Source of the DNA: Carpediemonas membranifera BICM
Taxonomy: Eukaryota; Protista; Fornicata
Length of the DNA: 64,000 nt
NCBI GenBank assembly: GCA_019828565.1
Contig: JAHDYR010000017.1
Coordinates: 249,361-313,360, forward strand
Direction of reading: 5' to 3'
Position 1 is the first letter of the stretch, and every line of letters starts with the position of its first letter. The position numbers and the translations under genes were made by a program. The notes beneath the pieces are model-generated. The model did not search any database. It had not been told where the DNA came from and was given only the letters and a program-made list of their open reading frames with translations. Of the stretch, positions 20,582 to 34,000 are shown in pieces.

Positions 20582-23063
20582 GAGGAAAGCCCTGGGTGAA
20601 GACAAGGCACAGGGCGGAACATTCCTGGAACCGGCGGGAGGTGTTTTCCCCCCACATGTTCCGGTAGCGCCCGGCCGCACACCCAACCCAACCCACGCAG
20701 CAAGGGAGCACTCTGATGCCTGCATCACACTTGAAACAACTCCCCCACCACCAAGAGGGGACAGGCCCAACCCACAGGGCGGCCTGGAAAGGTGGCCCGA
20801 GCACCGACCCCAAGCGCAGCGGGCCTGGAACCAATGAGGACAACACCACATGTTCCGGTAGCGCCAGGCGGAGGGAAGGCTGCAAAGGACCACTAAGGGA
20901 CAACCGCATACAACAAGCACGAAATAGGGAAGGCCTGGCAAAACAGCTGGGCCAGTAGGGCGCAAGCGTCCGGACAAGCAGTCCGGCGCATCCCTCCGGC
21001 GCGCAAGGGGTACCCCCTCCCCACACAGTGGGGGCGCACCAGGAGGATGATGCATGGCAGACTGGCGGAGGTACTGGATGACGCAAGAAGCTACCCACTC
21101 CGTCGGTAACCTGTCGGGAAGGCAGGGCCATCCTGATGTGGCCCGGCGCCTAGCCAGGAACACTGGAAGACGTGGCAACCGCCCCTGGGAGCTCCCCCCC
21201 GATAATGGGAACCTGGAGTGAAATCGGACAGCGCTAGATGAGCCCGAACGCAGCCGGCAAGTCCGTGGAAGTCTACCTACGCGGCGTCGGTGGGTTCCTA
21301 ACCCGGCCCAGCTGGTACGGCGAACTCTAGACCCGACCCCGCCCTGGCGGGTGCCTGAAACATGGCGAGCGGGTCGAGGAAACTCCAGGACCTCCCTAGG
21401 GGACCCGGGGGAGAGGGGAAACGTACGGAAGGTCCCTGACAGCAGCGTGCAGGGCAAGGCTTTGTAGGTGCCAGGCAGACCTGGGACCCAAAGGGCCCCT
21501 AAGAGTAAGACCTGGGTTAGCCTAACTTTGGGGGTATTAATGTGGCCATGTATAGGATCCCTCTAGCGTACCAGCTAGGCCTTGACGGCCGTTGTTCACG
21601 CCCTCTTAGGAAGTGTTAGGTGTGCTCTGTAGAGGTACCAACACGCTTAGGCGTTCCTCGAAGGGGTGACACAAACTGTGACATTCAGCTTACACAGCAG
21701 GACGAGTAGCAGGACACATTAAATTCTTTCTTTCTTTCTTTGCAGCCCCCAACACTCCCCAAGCAGAACGAGCTCTGCAAGAGTGGGCCAGACGAATGAG
21801 GAACGTGCCTCATCGGTCGTTCGACAGCCTTATGACCCTGTGGGGCATGCATCCGGCGATAGATGTCACCGTTATATCAGACGCATCGGACGAGGGGATG
21901 GGATCTGTCATCCGGCAGCCGGGTGCCCCCGATATACAGCTGTCCCTTCCCGTGCCACCCTCACTAGCACACTTGCATATCACCGCCAAGGAGTTCCTGG
22001 CCTCGGTGACCGCTGTGCGCCGTCTGCTCGAGTCCTCGGGCTTAGACCTGCAGGGCAGGGAGATAACGGTGTTCTCCGACTCGACGGCGGCAGTTGGTTG
22101 GCTCAACAAGCAGGCCTCCACTCGCGCGCCACCAGAGGTGGTCTCCGAGTCGCTGTCCTTCTTCACGCTCCTATCGGAGAGAGGCGTCAGCTTGAGGGCT
22201 CGACACACCGCAGGCCACCTGAATATAGCCGCCGACTCGCTGTCAAGGTTCACCAAGACGGACTGGCAAACCCCGGCGGGCGTGCTCCGCCGCATGTTGG
22301 ACTCGTGGGGGCCGGCCGAGGTCGACTTGACTGGTCACCCCACGAAGGAGCTGCTCCTCCCGTCGTACACCAGCCGCTCCGTGCCGTTCTCCGGAGACGG
22401 TCTGAACCAGAACTGGTGCGGTCGGAGAGTCTTCCTTGCGCCCCCCTGGGCCATGGTCCCAAAGGTGCTAGCCAAGCTCTACCGTATCATAGAGCCTCTA
22501 GGAGACCGAGACCCTCGACAACTACGCTCCGTAACGTTTCTGGTCTTGCCGGACATCAGGTCCGCTCCTATACTCGCCTTAAAAAGGCTGGCGCCCGAGA
22601 AGATGTACTTCTCATTCCCAGCACGGCCAGGGTCAGAGCTGCCAGGCGCCAATGGAAAGCACAGACTAGTCGCCCTGTGCCTTCCGACGCGTTTGTCACA
22701 GGCCTAAGCGAGCATGCGATGTTCGGTGGCCTCGCTCGGGCCACACGGCAAGACTACGCGAGGACCCTTGCGGGCTTCCTGGTCTACGCGTCCACACTCC
22801 CCCCGGTCGAGGCAGCCAAGCGCTGGGCTGACGAACAGGCCCACACCGCTGAAAAGGACAGCATCATGGCCAAGGCCGGGGTGATAGTCAGGTTTGCCTA
22901 CCGCGTGCTTCCAGACACCTACGCCCTCGCCGAGGACTTCTGGCCAATCGTAGCAGAAGCAGCTACGGCCTCGACGACAGCAGCACACGGCCCCGCGGCA
23001 CCTGTCAGGCTCAAGTGGATCAATGCAGTCCTCACCCGGACACCCGAGGACCTCATGTGCCAC

Positions 23064-23164
23064 TGTAGTGCACCTGATTCATTATTTTGATTTGGTCCTC
23101 ATTGGTCTTTGTTGACACATGTGTGTCGTAATAAAGTGCTTCCTCTTCTTCCTGGTGTACCACA
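23064..23164 (+). repeat. Putative 101-bp 5' LTR of a gypsy-type element
   Basis: TGTAGTGCACC...GGTGTACCACA imperfect terminal inverted repeats, internal AATAAA, interrupts the YR ORF and directly precedes gag. Partner LTR not seen. Confidence 0.7.
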
Positions 23165-23179
23165 GTAATTACTGTATCG

Positions 23180-24118
23180 ATGCAATTCCAGGTCCCCGAT
23201 TTATTCGTAGCCCCTTATTTGAAGACTCCTACCGCCGAAGCTTGGCAGGAACACCGCGAGCAGTATTATGCTTACCGCTCCCGCGGAGGTACGCTCGGCA
23301 TCCGTCTCCTGATCGCCCGAGATGTCTGGGAAGTCCTCAAGCTCCGTGATCCCACTCTTGGTGACTTCGAGGTTCCTGCTGGCGAAGGAGCTGAAGAATC
23401 CGTACGGGAGCTCGTCCGTGCAAACGCCGAAGACGACGACGACGACTCCGACGATGCTTGTTCTGATAACGACAGCTCTTCGGACGATGACAACGAGGCC
23501 CCTAACGACGCTGCTCCTATCCCCGCTCTGGAGAACGACCCTGCAAGCGTGGCTATCGTCAGGCGTATTAACGCCATCTTTCAGCCACTCGACAAGCAGG
23601 ATGCCCTTGATTCCTTCTCCAGGATCCAATGCAAAAAGCGCGGCTCGACGTATCAGAACGCCCTTAATTACGTGTTCCTCTATCAGCGGCAGTTGGAAAA
23701 CTGTGCTGACGTTAAGCCTCCTACCAAGCGCCTTGTGCGACGGTTCATCGGTGGGCTCGAACCGGAACGTCTACGCGATCGTGTAATGACCATCGCGCCC
23801 AGAGACGATCTCCAAGCCGCCTTCAAGGCTGCCCTAGAGCAAAGCCGCCACATTGAGCAAACCCAGCATCTGGACGCCCAGCGAGAAGAGCGTCGTGTCT
23901 CCGATCATCCCAAAGCTACGAATCCCCCGAAATGCTCGTACTGCCACAAGACAGGCCATACAGCCGACCAGTGCTTCACCAAGAAGCGTTCTCAGTCCGG
24001 TAAAGGCTCCAAGTACGATCATTGTCTCAACGTTATGGCTACAGACCACGAGGGCCGGAAGTCATCAGCCTCGGCCGAGATTGAGGTTGAGATCCCTCGC
24101 GGACATGAGGTGTTGTGA
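23180..24118 (+). CDS. gag: Gag-like protein with zinc knuckle; element truncated after ~24020
   Basis: CSYCHKTGHTADQC (CX2CX4HX4C); capsid-like RRFIGGLEPERLRDRV. Confidence 0.85.
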   Translation: MQFQVPDLFVAPYLKTPTAEAWQEHREQYYAYRSRGGTLGIRLLIARDVWEVLKLRDPTLGDFEVPAGEGAEESVRELVRANAEDDDDDSDDACSDNDSSSDDDNEAPNDAAPIPALENDPASVAIVRRINAIFQPLDKQDALDSFSRIQCKKRGSTYQNALNYVFLYQRQLENCADVKPPTKRLVRRFIGGLEPERLRDRVMTIAPRDDLQAAFKAALEQSRHIEQTQHLDAQREERRVSDHPKATNPPKCSYCHKTGHTADQCFTKKRSQSGKGSKYDHCLNVMATDHEGRKSSASAEIEVEIPRGHEVL

Positions 24119-24535
24119 CGGGCAGGGGACAGGAACACCGAAGGGAAACGATGAACTAACTTTAAATTGACTTTGACGATCATTGACCGATCATAAAAGA
24201 ACTGATTGGGACAGCTAACACAACGTGACACTGCCTCCATGAGTGGGCATAGGCCGTCTATATTCGTAGGGGGTTCAATTGGGGTCGCCATTCGGCCCCT
24301 CATCAATTGATTCAGAAGGATGGTGGTGAACTCGCATGGTGGAAAATCTGTCCGGATACACGCAAAATCATACAACGAACCGCTAAGTAACTAATCAACA
24401 TCAATATTCTTGAACGCCGTCGTGTTCCGCATCATTCTCAACGCAAAGCACACAATACAAGAGCCGCACTTGCAAATCTGCGGTTTCTGCCTCCGCAATG
24501 AGAGATGTGGAGTATTATTAAGTAGATGACGACAA

Positions 24536-26466
24536 CTAGAGAGCTTTACGGGCGCTCTTCATCTTCTTGAGCAATTGGGGATGCTCAGCAAGATAGTCGT
24601 CAAGGGCAGCGAGCTTGTCGAGGTCTCGGGTATAAGGCTCCCAAGTTGCCTCACTATCGTCGTAGCCGTGCCAGAGCACGTGGAATTGGAGGTTCCTCTG
24701 CCTCCAGCGGTGGGCGTCAACTCCTCGGACGACATACTCGTTGTGCAGGCGGGCGGCCCATCGTTGCAGCTCAGCATCTGTATATGACCCCTTAAACGTA
24801 TAAAGAGAGTCTGCGTGCGCTGTGACGGTTGCAAGAGTTGTCAGGTCCTTGAGGGTGTAGACGTTAGGGTGGTCGCCAGGTGAGAGGACTCGCATAGGGC
24901 CTCGGATGATAGGGCCAACGGGCGTGTCTCGCCGGAGTAGAACCGCTGCGCCAACGATTGGTGCGTGCGTCTCCGAAGGGGGCTCACGTGACACTGCTGA
25001 TCCTTGGTGGGCCTGAAGGGCGAGGAGGGATGAGCGGAAGTGCTCGAGGGAAATAGGGGAGTCATCGGTCGCGTTGTTGGTCGTGTGGAGCTGCTTGCCG
25101 AAGAGAGCAGCGTTGGCTGAAAGGCCGCTGTACTCATAGGGGATGTCGTTGAGCAGAATCGCTGTGTTGGGGACTTCCTCAGGCCAGCTCCTGCCTGATT
25201 CAAGGGTAAAAGCCTTCAAATGGCGCTTGATCTCGGCGTTGCGTCTTTCAACTACACCACGGCCTGCCGGGTGATAAGCTGTACCGAGTTCATGCCTAAT
25301 GCCATTCTCGGCCACGAATGACTTGAATGCCTGGGAAGAGAATCCGGATGCGTTGTCAGAGACGATAGCTTCGGGTATTCCATAGTGTTTGATCCAGTGT
25401 TCTAAAGAGTTGATGACCTCTGCTGTCGAGGTCGACTGTGTCGGGTACACTTGGGTGAGCTTAGAGAATGTGTCAACTACGACTAGTGCGTGCCGGAGTG
25501 AGGGGTGACCATCTAGCGGACCAATGTGGTCCATTTGTACCACTTGGAAGGGGTATGCCCCAGCCAATGCATGCGGGTGCTGGCCGACGGGTTGAACGTT
25601 CAGACGGGTGAGCTGACAGACTGGGCACTCACTTACCCATTGTTGGACGTCTTTGTGGAGACCCGGCCAAGATTGTCCCGCATTCGCGATGCGACGGCAG
25701 GTGGCGCGAACACCGAGGTGTCCTGCTGAACCGCCATGGTGTGCCTTGAACGTCTCGCGCTTGTTGAGCGATGCTTCTGCAGTGCTCACATGGACTAGGC
25801 GAGATAGCGTGTCAGCGACGGTGTTCTCTTGACCAGGGATATGGACGAGGTCGAAGTCGAACTCATTCATCGCTAGTCGCCAGCGAATGACTTTGGCGTT
25901 GGTGGATTTGTGGGCAAATAACAGGTTGCGGTGGTCAGTATGTGTTACGAAGTGGCGTCCGGCGAGATATCGCTTCATCTTCGTCATTCCAAAGTAAATA
26001 CCGTAACATTCCTGTTCAGTGGTGGACCAGCGGCGCTGGGTTGGGTTCAAAGTGTGGGAGAAGAAGGCGATGGGGTGCCCTTCCTCGTTCGCGAGCATGC
26101 CGCCAACGGCGACGTCCGAGGCGTCGGTGTACAGATGGAGTGTCTCATCAGGTTGTGGGTGTCGTAGCACCCTTTCCGTTAGTAACTCTGTCTTGACTGC
26201 CTCAAGGGCTCTTTGTTGACTGGAACCCCAGGCGAAGGGGCCTGCAGTGGCTCTGGTGAGCACAGTGATTGGCTCTGTGATGTCGGCATACCTCTCGATG
26301 ATGGGGCGGAAGTAGTTTGCCAGGCCTAGCACCGAGCGGGCTTCAGTCAGGTTGGTGGGGGGCTTGATGTCGCGAATCGCCTGGAGGCGATCAGGAGCGA
26401 TCCTGCGGCCTCGTGCATTGAGTCTCCATCCTAAGTAGTCGATTTCTTCGACACCGAGGACTGTCC
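24536..26466 (-). CDS. pol: Ty3/gypsy chromovirus pol, 3' part (RT thumb, RNase H, integrase, chromodomain)
   Basis: IDYLG, LYTDAS, TDHRNL, ADTLSR, HH..GHLG..CPVC, QMDHIGP, SDNA, VERRN, YVVRGVDAHR..FHVLWHGYDDSEATWEP. Confidence 0.93.
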
Positions 26467-29400
26467 AGAGCGGGCCGGCAGAGGACAACTGGCTGCTCCA
26501 GGTGGGGTGCGCACCACCTCACCTGGAGCCCACTCCCCTGCCCTGTATACCTCGCCGTGCGCCAAGCTATGTCGAGCAATAGATGATCGTCCTCGTGTGC
26601 CCAAAAATGCACAGAGGCAAAAACCACCCAAAAGGGAATAAGTTAGCCTCGGTAGGAAAGCGTTGACAGAATACACAGTACTCTAACAACAAACAAAACC
26701 TACCGCCCATGCTCCTGGGACCCACAAGGGGACCAGACGCAACTAAACGCTCCTCGCACAAACCCACAAGGGAAATCAACGCGAACAAGCGTACTGCGCC
26801 ACCTTTATGATTGAAACCCCTACCGTAACCGGTACCCGCAGTAGGCCCCAGAGGCACTGCGACACGATTGCCTCAGACAACGTAACTGGGGCCATATGGC
26901 AAAAGTAACCCGAGAGCACCGGGACCGGCGGCCAATAGGCTCTCACTGGGAGGCCACTGGGCCACACTACTCCGGCGCCCGTGCTCTCATGCCGCCCAAG
27001 ACCGGGCTTGTGGACGTCATCGCCACGAGAGCCGGGATCGCCGCCCGCCGCCGGCATAGGCAACAGGGCCACCACAACAGGCCCCCAGTACACCAGCCAT
27101 ACCGGACAACAGACCGGGAGCGCTGAGGGCCCCGTCCACAGCCCCACAAGAAACGCCCAGCCGAAGCCAAAAGGCATAAACCATCACGGTGTTTACCAGG
27201 ACTCACAACCTCTTGGGAGTGACGCGACCCAGGAAGGAAACAACCGGGCTGCGACCACAAGATACAGGACGAGGGGCGTGAATGGCAACCAGCTGGTGCA
27301 GCCGGGCGTCTATGCGAGCACGAAGGCGCTTATAGACCCGCATTTGGCCCCTCAGCTCAGCGTCGAAACCCCGAGCCGACTTAGACTCGTGGGGACTCAG
27401 GTCCTCGTCACGGTAATTCTGAGCCAGGTAGGAAAAGGCAGCGGCACGCTCCCGCCACCGGCTGGCCAGGACGTCCACCTGGACAAAATCGTCAGCTATG
27501 GTCCGCAGGAAATGCGCCTCCCAACCCCGAGGAGTCGCCGGGCCAGGAGTCGGGGACTCCCGAGAAGGAGCGGTGAAGCCCCTGCCGCCACAAGGCAAGG
27601 GACTACCCTGGGGCCCGGAGGGGAATATGGGATCCCCCGTCGGAGTGCGAAGAGGGCCCTGCTTCCCGGGAAAGAGGCGGCGCCCCCGAAATCGGAGTCC
27701 AGGCCGTACTCGGGCCAAGGACTCGATAGGGATCGGAGTGCATAACCCCTGGTAATGCACCTCCCCCTCTGGGGACCGCTGGGCAGCGGAGGCGCCGGCC
27801 GAATGGCCAGGAGGAGGCGTGAAGGTGGAAGGAGAGATGGAACGGACGCATGGGGAATAAGGGACAGCAGCCCCGTGTGGGGCGATGCTCCCTGTCCCTG
27901 CAATAAGGTTCCCTTTTGGGTTTTCGCCAGACATGTTTTGTGTGGAAACAAGGTCCGCAACAAACCTCGCATACCTCGCCCCTGAACCATCCGCCCTGAG
28001 GAAGGGAAAGGAGCCATACAAGACCAGGACATCGCTGGCTGGCGCCCCTTGGAACCTCCACCAAACCTCCTCAAGCCCCTCCAAGAAGCTGGCAAAAGTG
28101 CACTTCCCGCCTTTTGCCACTCCAAATGGAAACAGGGGAATATCCCAACAGGGACATGCCAGATAGGGAAGAAAGCATGATTTATGGCTTATTCGCCCTT
28201 AAGGCTGCACCCAGAAGGGATCTCAGGAAAACCAGAAGGGAAAAAGCAAATACGTCCATTATACAGCTCGGCAACGCGATAGGATACGACAAGATTGTAG
28301 ACCCAGAACAGGGAAGCTTTACAGCAAAGGAAGGCCCAGGGGAGCTCCGGAAAAGCCGGGCCAAGAAGCTGTTTGCATCACTTCCCCTCCTGAGACGGTA
28401 CACAAAAGCCGCCCAACAGCCATACTGGCTATTCATTGAAGGGAACCGGCTGGACCTAGAGCAGGCGGAGACACTAAGCCGGCTTCGCCCAGGGTCCCCC
28501 AAATTTGTGTTCTACCCCAGAGTCCAGGCGGACTACTCCAAGTACGTAGCACATCCCCACCGGACGAGCCAGACGGCACCAGCTAGTGAGCAACACACCC
28601 CATCACTTCTCCCCGTGGAGGAGGGCCTTGATCTCGGCCGAATCCATAACCGGGACTTTTCGAGACCACGCCACACAATGACCTCGAACAGCTCCCAAAG
28701 CGTCCCAGACGCCTTGGATTGCGCAAACACCACCCCAAATGGGATCAAGGAGTCGTTAACGCCACTGGGCAAGCAACTGGCCACACCGGACGAATGGGAC
28801 TGCATCAGAGCCTCAGCAGATGCGGTTATTCCCACAAGGGACGTTGCCATGGTCTTCACCAGAGATGACGCAACGGACTTCACTGCCCGAACGGGAAAGG
28901 TCGCAAGGACGCTCCTCCTAGAGCTCGTGGCAACATCGCTGCAAGCTGCAGGACATTCTTCGATCTCAGGCAACGGCATCCAGACCAAGTACGGGATGGA
29001 GGCTGCAATGTGGCTCCTCCATGCCGCCGGACACGCCATCTCCGCGGGAGCTGCAGCCAGAGGGCTCCCCCTCACTAGGACGCGAAAACAAGAAGCTCTG
29101 GGCCGACCTAGGCCGGGAACTAGCCAAAGGGCAAGGCTACCACGCCCCTCACCCCCCGGAGGGAGGTTTCCGCAGACCAGACGGCACGCCCATCCAGATC
29201 TGGACCCAGGGCCCCGTCGAGGAGATCCTCATCTACAGCAGAACCGAGGGTGTGATGAGGCCAGTCTTCCCACCCCCACCCCTGGAAGAAGAGCCTTCGG
29301 CAGCAGAGGCAGACCTGAGGGAGGAGGTCAGAGACCTCATCCAACGGTGGTCAGTCCCCGGCTTCCCCGAACTCTGGTCGGCATGGGATAAGACCAGGCG

Positions 29401-31096
29401 TCTCTGGCCCCCACCCGCGAGGATTGCCCGCGAACTGGTGTCTGCCTCCTTTCTGACGCGCAACATCACTAACTACTGGCTCACAACGGGGCAGACCCAA
29501 GTTATAGAGCCCGTACGGGATGGGGCATCTCATGGAGCCCTGGGTACTAACGAAGAAGAAACCCCCCTGGGCCCGAGCGGCAGCAGGACTTCCGGCCCTG
29601 ATGACACACCCACCACGCCAAACAAGGGCACATGCGGGCCCAGCATGGGAGCTAGCCCGCCTCGTTCCAATATCACCCAACGAGCCAACACCACCAGGCA
29701 GTTGATCGCTATGGTGGACTTTGAGGAAGGAAGAGCCAGATCCAACCAAGGAGACGAGGCCATCATTTGCGAAGGGACGGCACTGATTTTCGACCCAGCT
29801 AACGAGCAAATCCTCTACTACATGCACGGGATGCTTGGGGAAGACATCACAGTGGATGCCCTGGACCAATGTCTGTGGGCCACGCACTACATCCATGGCT
29901 GCCCACCAGCTACGTTTGTCGACGTCACCACGGGCAAAGCCCCCAAGGGATACGAAGCAGACTTCCCCCACGCCAAGCGATGGTGCACCGAGATGGCTAC
30001 AGAGCTGAAGAGACTGGAAGACGACTCGGGGCCACAGAAGACCCACGTCCACATCGTGGCTAAGGGAGTCGAGGAGCTGAGAGAAGCATCCTGACCAGTG
30101 AGAAGTTCGTCCCAGACGGGAACCTCCGCACCTGGCTAAGCTTACGCCTCATGGATGAAACTGACCTCAACACGATCTTCCCCAACATCCTCGACACGCT
30201 GACCTGGTTCTACCCCAATAGTGGGGAGAAGAGCCTCACCGGCCTCCCCTCCCGACCCCAGTCCGAACTGGGCCGGGCCTGGACCAGAAGGTACCAACAG
30301 CGCCCGGAGGCAAAAGTGGTGTGCCCCTATCACAAGCACGCACCCCACCACTGCCACTGCGCCCTAGCAGATGTCTCCATATTCTACGCCAGACTAGCAA
30401 CAGCGTTCTGGATGAGAGACAACCCAGGCTGGGACTGGGGGCAGGTAGAAGCCCACCCTCACAGCCCTAGGAAGCATGCTCATGGGCAGGGAGTCGCCGT
30501 ACCATGATGAATACAAGGACCTGGCGACCAAAGTCAACGCCAGACACGGCCTCGGCACCGTGGCGGCCGGTCGCCTAACCCCATTGTCCCAACAAGTCAA
30601 CCTCTTTGGCACCAAGAACCCCAAACGGGGCCAGATTATCATGACCAACTGGGAGGAAAACGATTTCAGCTCCGGAAAGGGTATCACCAGAGCCCTGGAA
30701 GGAACAGCCGTGATCATCGGAAACCCAGAATCGCTCGCGAGAGTAGGCGAACCAGCGCGACCCATCCTCCTGGAAATCCACTCGGAGTGGAACGGGCGCC
30801 GCCGCGCTGTCCAAGACGGTTTCCCTTGGGCGAACCTGAGGGGGGAGCCCACGGAAATAGACGCGGAAAAGATGCTTACTCTAGACGTCAGCGACACCAA
30901 AACGATGACCCTATCCCAAGCGGCGTCTTTGATGCCCGTCCACAAATTCGACATAGCTGGAGGCCACATGGGCAGAGAAGCCAGGAAGAAGATCTTCAAC
31001 TACTTCACGGAGGTCCCAGCCGACGACCGAGAACTCCTGGCCAACATGTGTGTCGACCCGGAGAAGAAGAAGAAATTTATGGTGCTTGGATTCTGA
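26467..31096 (+). mobile_element. LINE-B: 5' half of a second non-LTR family (long leader plus frameshifted ORF1 at 28126-31096); ORF2 absent
   Basis: ORF1 homologous to LINE-A (VDFE..AIICEG..MHGMLGEDI..HGCPPATFVDVTTG..CPYH..HCHCALADVS; SEWNGRRR; TLSQAASL). Boundaries inferred from interruption of neighbours. Confidence 0.75.
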
Positions 31097-34000
31097 CCCC
31101 GGACTGAGCTTGTTTCCCGTTGTCTTGGAACTGAGTGCCCCGGGGTACTGCCTATTTCCCGTGGCAAACTGGTCAGCAGCGTTTGCCTTGGGCTTTCGGT
31201 GCTACTGTCTCCGCGGAAAGCCGATTCCAATCGCCCCAGAGGCCCTGCGGCCATCTCCGTGCAAATATGCTTTCCTGTCTACCTGAAAGTCCGGCAACTA
31301 TCCGGGGAGCCTGGGGGTCTGTCCTCGGGGCATTGACAGGCAGGATCGTCCTGCAGAACCTTGACTATGACACTCCTTGCTTCCCTGCAGTCCTTGTAGA
31401 GCCGTTCAGCCACGGCACCCTCTCGTCTGTCCGGTTCCCCAATTCCATGCCCCCTCGACTCTGTTAGGAAGCCTACCCGAAGGCGGGGAAAGTGACTAAG
31501 TCCATGCTGTCTACCCCGGTTAGGTGGCGTGGGTCAGGGCATGGGTGGTGTACCCCCAGGCACTAGGCCTGGTTGTCCTGTTACCCCTTACAACATTTCG
31601 CTTGCACTACATGTCCTTGGTTTCCCATGTCGTTTAACAAGGGCGGCAGGGGCACCTGTGCCCCTCCGACCCCCGTGGCCAGTCCCTGCAGTTTCCTTGG
31701 GGTCCCAACGAGTGGTGCAACCATATGAATATGGATTTCCTTGACCTTGTCCTTGCTCTGTCCTTGTCGCATGTCCTTTCTTTCTTATTTCTGGTCTGTC
31801 CTTCCCTGTTCTTTCCTTGCAGTCGTTCCTTCCCTTGCTTTGGTTCCTGGCCACCGGGATACGTGGGGCCTTTCCTCACTGATCCCAGGAGCTTAGCACT
31901 CAGCGAGGGTGGTCCATGGCTGATTCCTTGTCCATCCCTTCCCGGTCCTGGAGTCAGGGGTTCATGACATGCTTCTATTCCACCTTGAAGCTGTTGTAAA
32001 CCTTTGCCAGTTCCCGTAGTCCTGCCGTGAGGCCTTCCCAAATGTCCTCCGAGCCCCATATTATTAGTTGCTGTAATTCTAGGATGGGTCTTTCCTGGTA
32101 CCATTCGCCCTGGGGGCCCTGCCTTACTTCCAAGTCCTTAGTTTTGTGCTTCGCTGCTGTCCACAGCTTTGTCCAAGCATCTCCCCTGTCTACTGCCGGG
32201 CATTCACAGATTATGTGCGCTGCCGATCCTAGCCTCTGGCCCTCTGCCCACTCCCCTGATCATTTCCTGCTTCCTTGCTGGTCCTGGCTTTTCCCTAATG
32301 ATCCTGTAGAACAGGCTCACCTCCGACTCCTCCGAGCATAGGGGGCATAGTCTGCTAATTTCTCTCTTCAGGTCAGCGCCTTGGGCCAGCTCTGTGATGG
32401 CTCTCAAAGGGCCCTCCCTCTCTCTGCCGACGATGGGGATGGGCTGACATTGGCTGCAATGGATACAATTCTCTTCCATTCCGCCCTGCTTTGCCCCTTC
32501 CCAGCCTTTCGGTCTACCGTAGGCTTACCTTGCAGACACTTGCTTAATTTCCTTGTCCCCATGATTTCCATTAGTCCTAGTGCCGTACGGCTTTTGCACC
32601 GCTTCATCCACCCCCTCCTGATCGTTTCCATGCCATAATCCAGTAGCGCTGGTTTAGGGGCTCCCTCTCTGGTGCCCTCCAGTAGATGCTGCACTCTCTC
32701 CCTAGCTTCCCACATAACCGTGCCTCTACCCCATTCTCTGTTTCTGACTGGTATATCCTGGTCCCTGTAGTTGACTATCCTTTTGACTGCCAGCCATTCC
32801 ATGTGTGCCTGGAGGTCCACCCATCCATTCATCAGCCTCATGGCTGCGCCCCCTCCCGGTCCTGTTCCTGCCATGATTCCCTGCCAGTCATTCCAGATCC
32901 TTCTACCTCCCGGTGCGTTCCCCCACACCTCGACTCCGAAGAGGATCCTGGGCCATATATATATTTCCAGTAGTAGCCTGCTCGCTAGTGCTGGCATGTT
33001 TGCCCTGGTCCACCCTGCCCATCTCACCAGTCTCTTGTACCTTTCGCTCTGCTCCTGTTTCCGCCTTATGCAGGCCGACATAGGGTCCATGCTGTCTGGA
33101 GGGGGTGTATGGGTGGCAGTATACACCTACGGAACAGAGGGGCTCTGTCAAAAATGTCCGATTTAGAACTTCTTACTCTGGCACCATGTAGCCCCCTTCC
33201 TGATGCACCTTTGAGCACGTGCTTGGCCTGCAATAATTACTTGGCGTCCCGTAAAGCCCAAAAATCAATCAAATCGTCATCAAATGCGAATTAAAGATGC
33301 TGATATTGCTCATGAAACGACTCTGCTGATCAGCTGGGACTCTACGCGGCGATATGGCATGGCAAGTCTCTACACTTTGGATACAATTCGGTCCCATGGT
33401 TCCTACCTTGACCTACGTTGTCTCGCGCGAGGGAGGTACTCACTGAAAGGATATATCAACACTGGGAGCAGAAAAAAGGCACAGAGAGATGCAGGCGCTG
33501 TTGCTGAGCTCATTTTCCGGATAAGACCCGTTTTTGTCACCTCAACCCATTCATATTGGCGGCTGTTGCTTCGTTTTTGATCAAATCAAATGGAAACCAA
33601 ACCGAGATCCGGGAAACGAGGATGATTGGGAGAGATAGACACATCATAAGGTCTTTAATATAGTAATGCACCGTCAATGAGAAGTTCTTGGTTCCTGAAA
33701 TGGATTATTGATTCCAAACGCTTTTCTTTGAGGATAACGCATTTATAGCGGTGATTTCCACACAATTCATCCAAATACTGATCAAACCATCAGAACTGCA
33801 AGTAAAATTGGTATAGATCGTTTATCCACGGAGATAGCAAATGCTCCCAATCCCAGCTTACAAGAAAAAAAAGTTAAGGGGCTGTATTGGGGCTTGCACT
33901 GATATCTCTATATATGCCGACACAGTCACTGGGCTGTCCATCACTGAACAGCTCTAGCCCAATACAAAAACATGAGGGCTCGAAGTTTTGGCCTTCTCGG

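Larger units (their letters stand above)
13658..21741 (+). mobile_element. LINE-A: APE-type non-LTR retrotransposon, probably 5'-truncated, 8,084 bp
   Basis: 19-bp TSD GCAGCCCCCAACACTCCCC at 13639-13657 and 21742-21760; 3' (TTTC)n tail at 21724-21741; ORF1 and ORF2 present. Confidence 0.95.
12813..23063 (+). mobile_element. PAT/DIRS-type tyrosine-recombinase retrotransposon, 5'- and 3'-truncated, split by LINE-A
   Basis: RT at 12813-13657 (SPIFTTPK, KLDLRSGYYQL, LPFGW, YLDD). RNase H and Dam-like domain at 21796-22707 (ISDAS, KEF, FSDS, ADSLSR, DWQTP..APPW). YR N-terminal part to 23063, where an LTR interrupts it. Confidence 0.9.

Noticed and set aside
13589-28120. Long antisense ORFs (13589-14455, 20531-21457, 27203-28120 and similar)
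   Set aside because: Shadow ORFs in GC-rich, strand-biased LINE sequence with no recognisable motifs.
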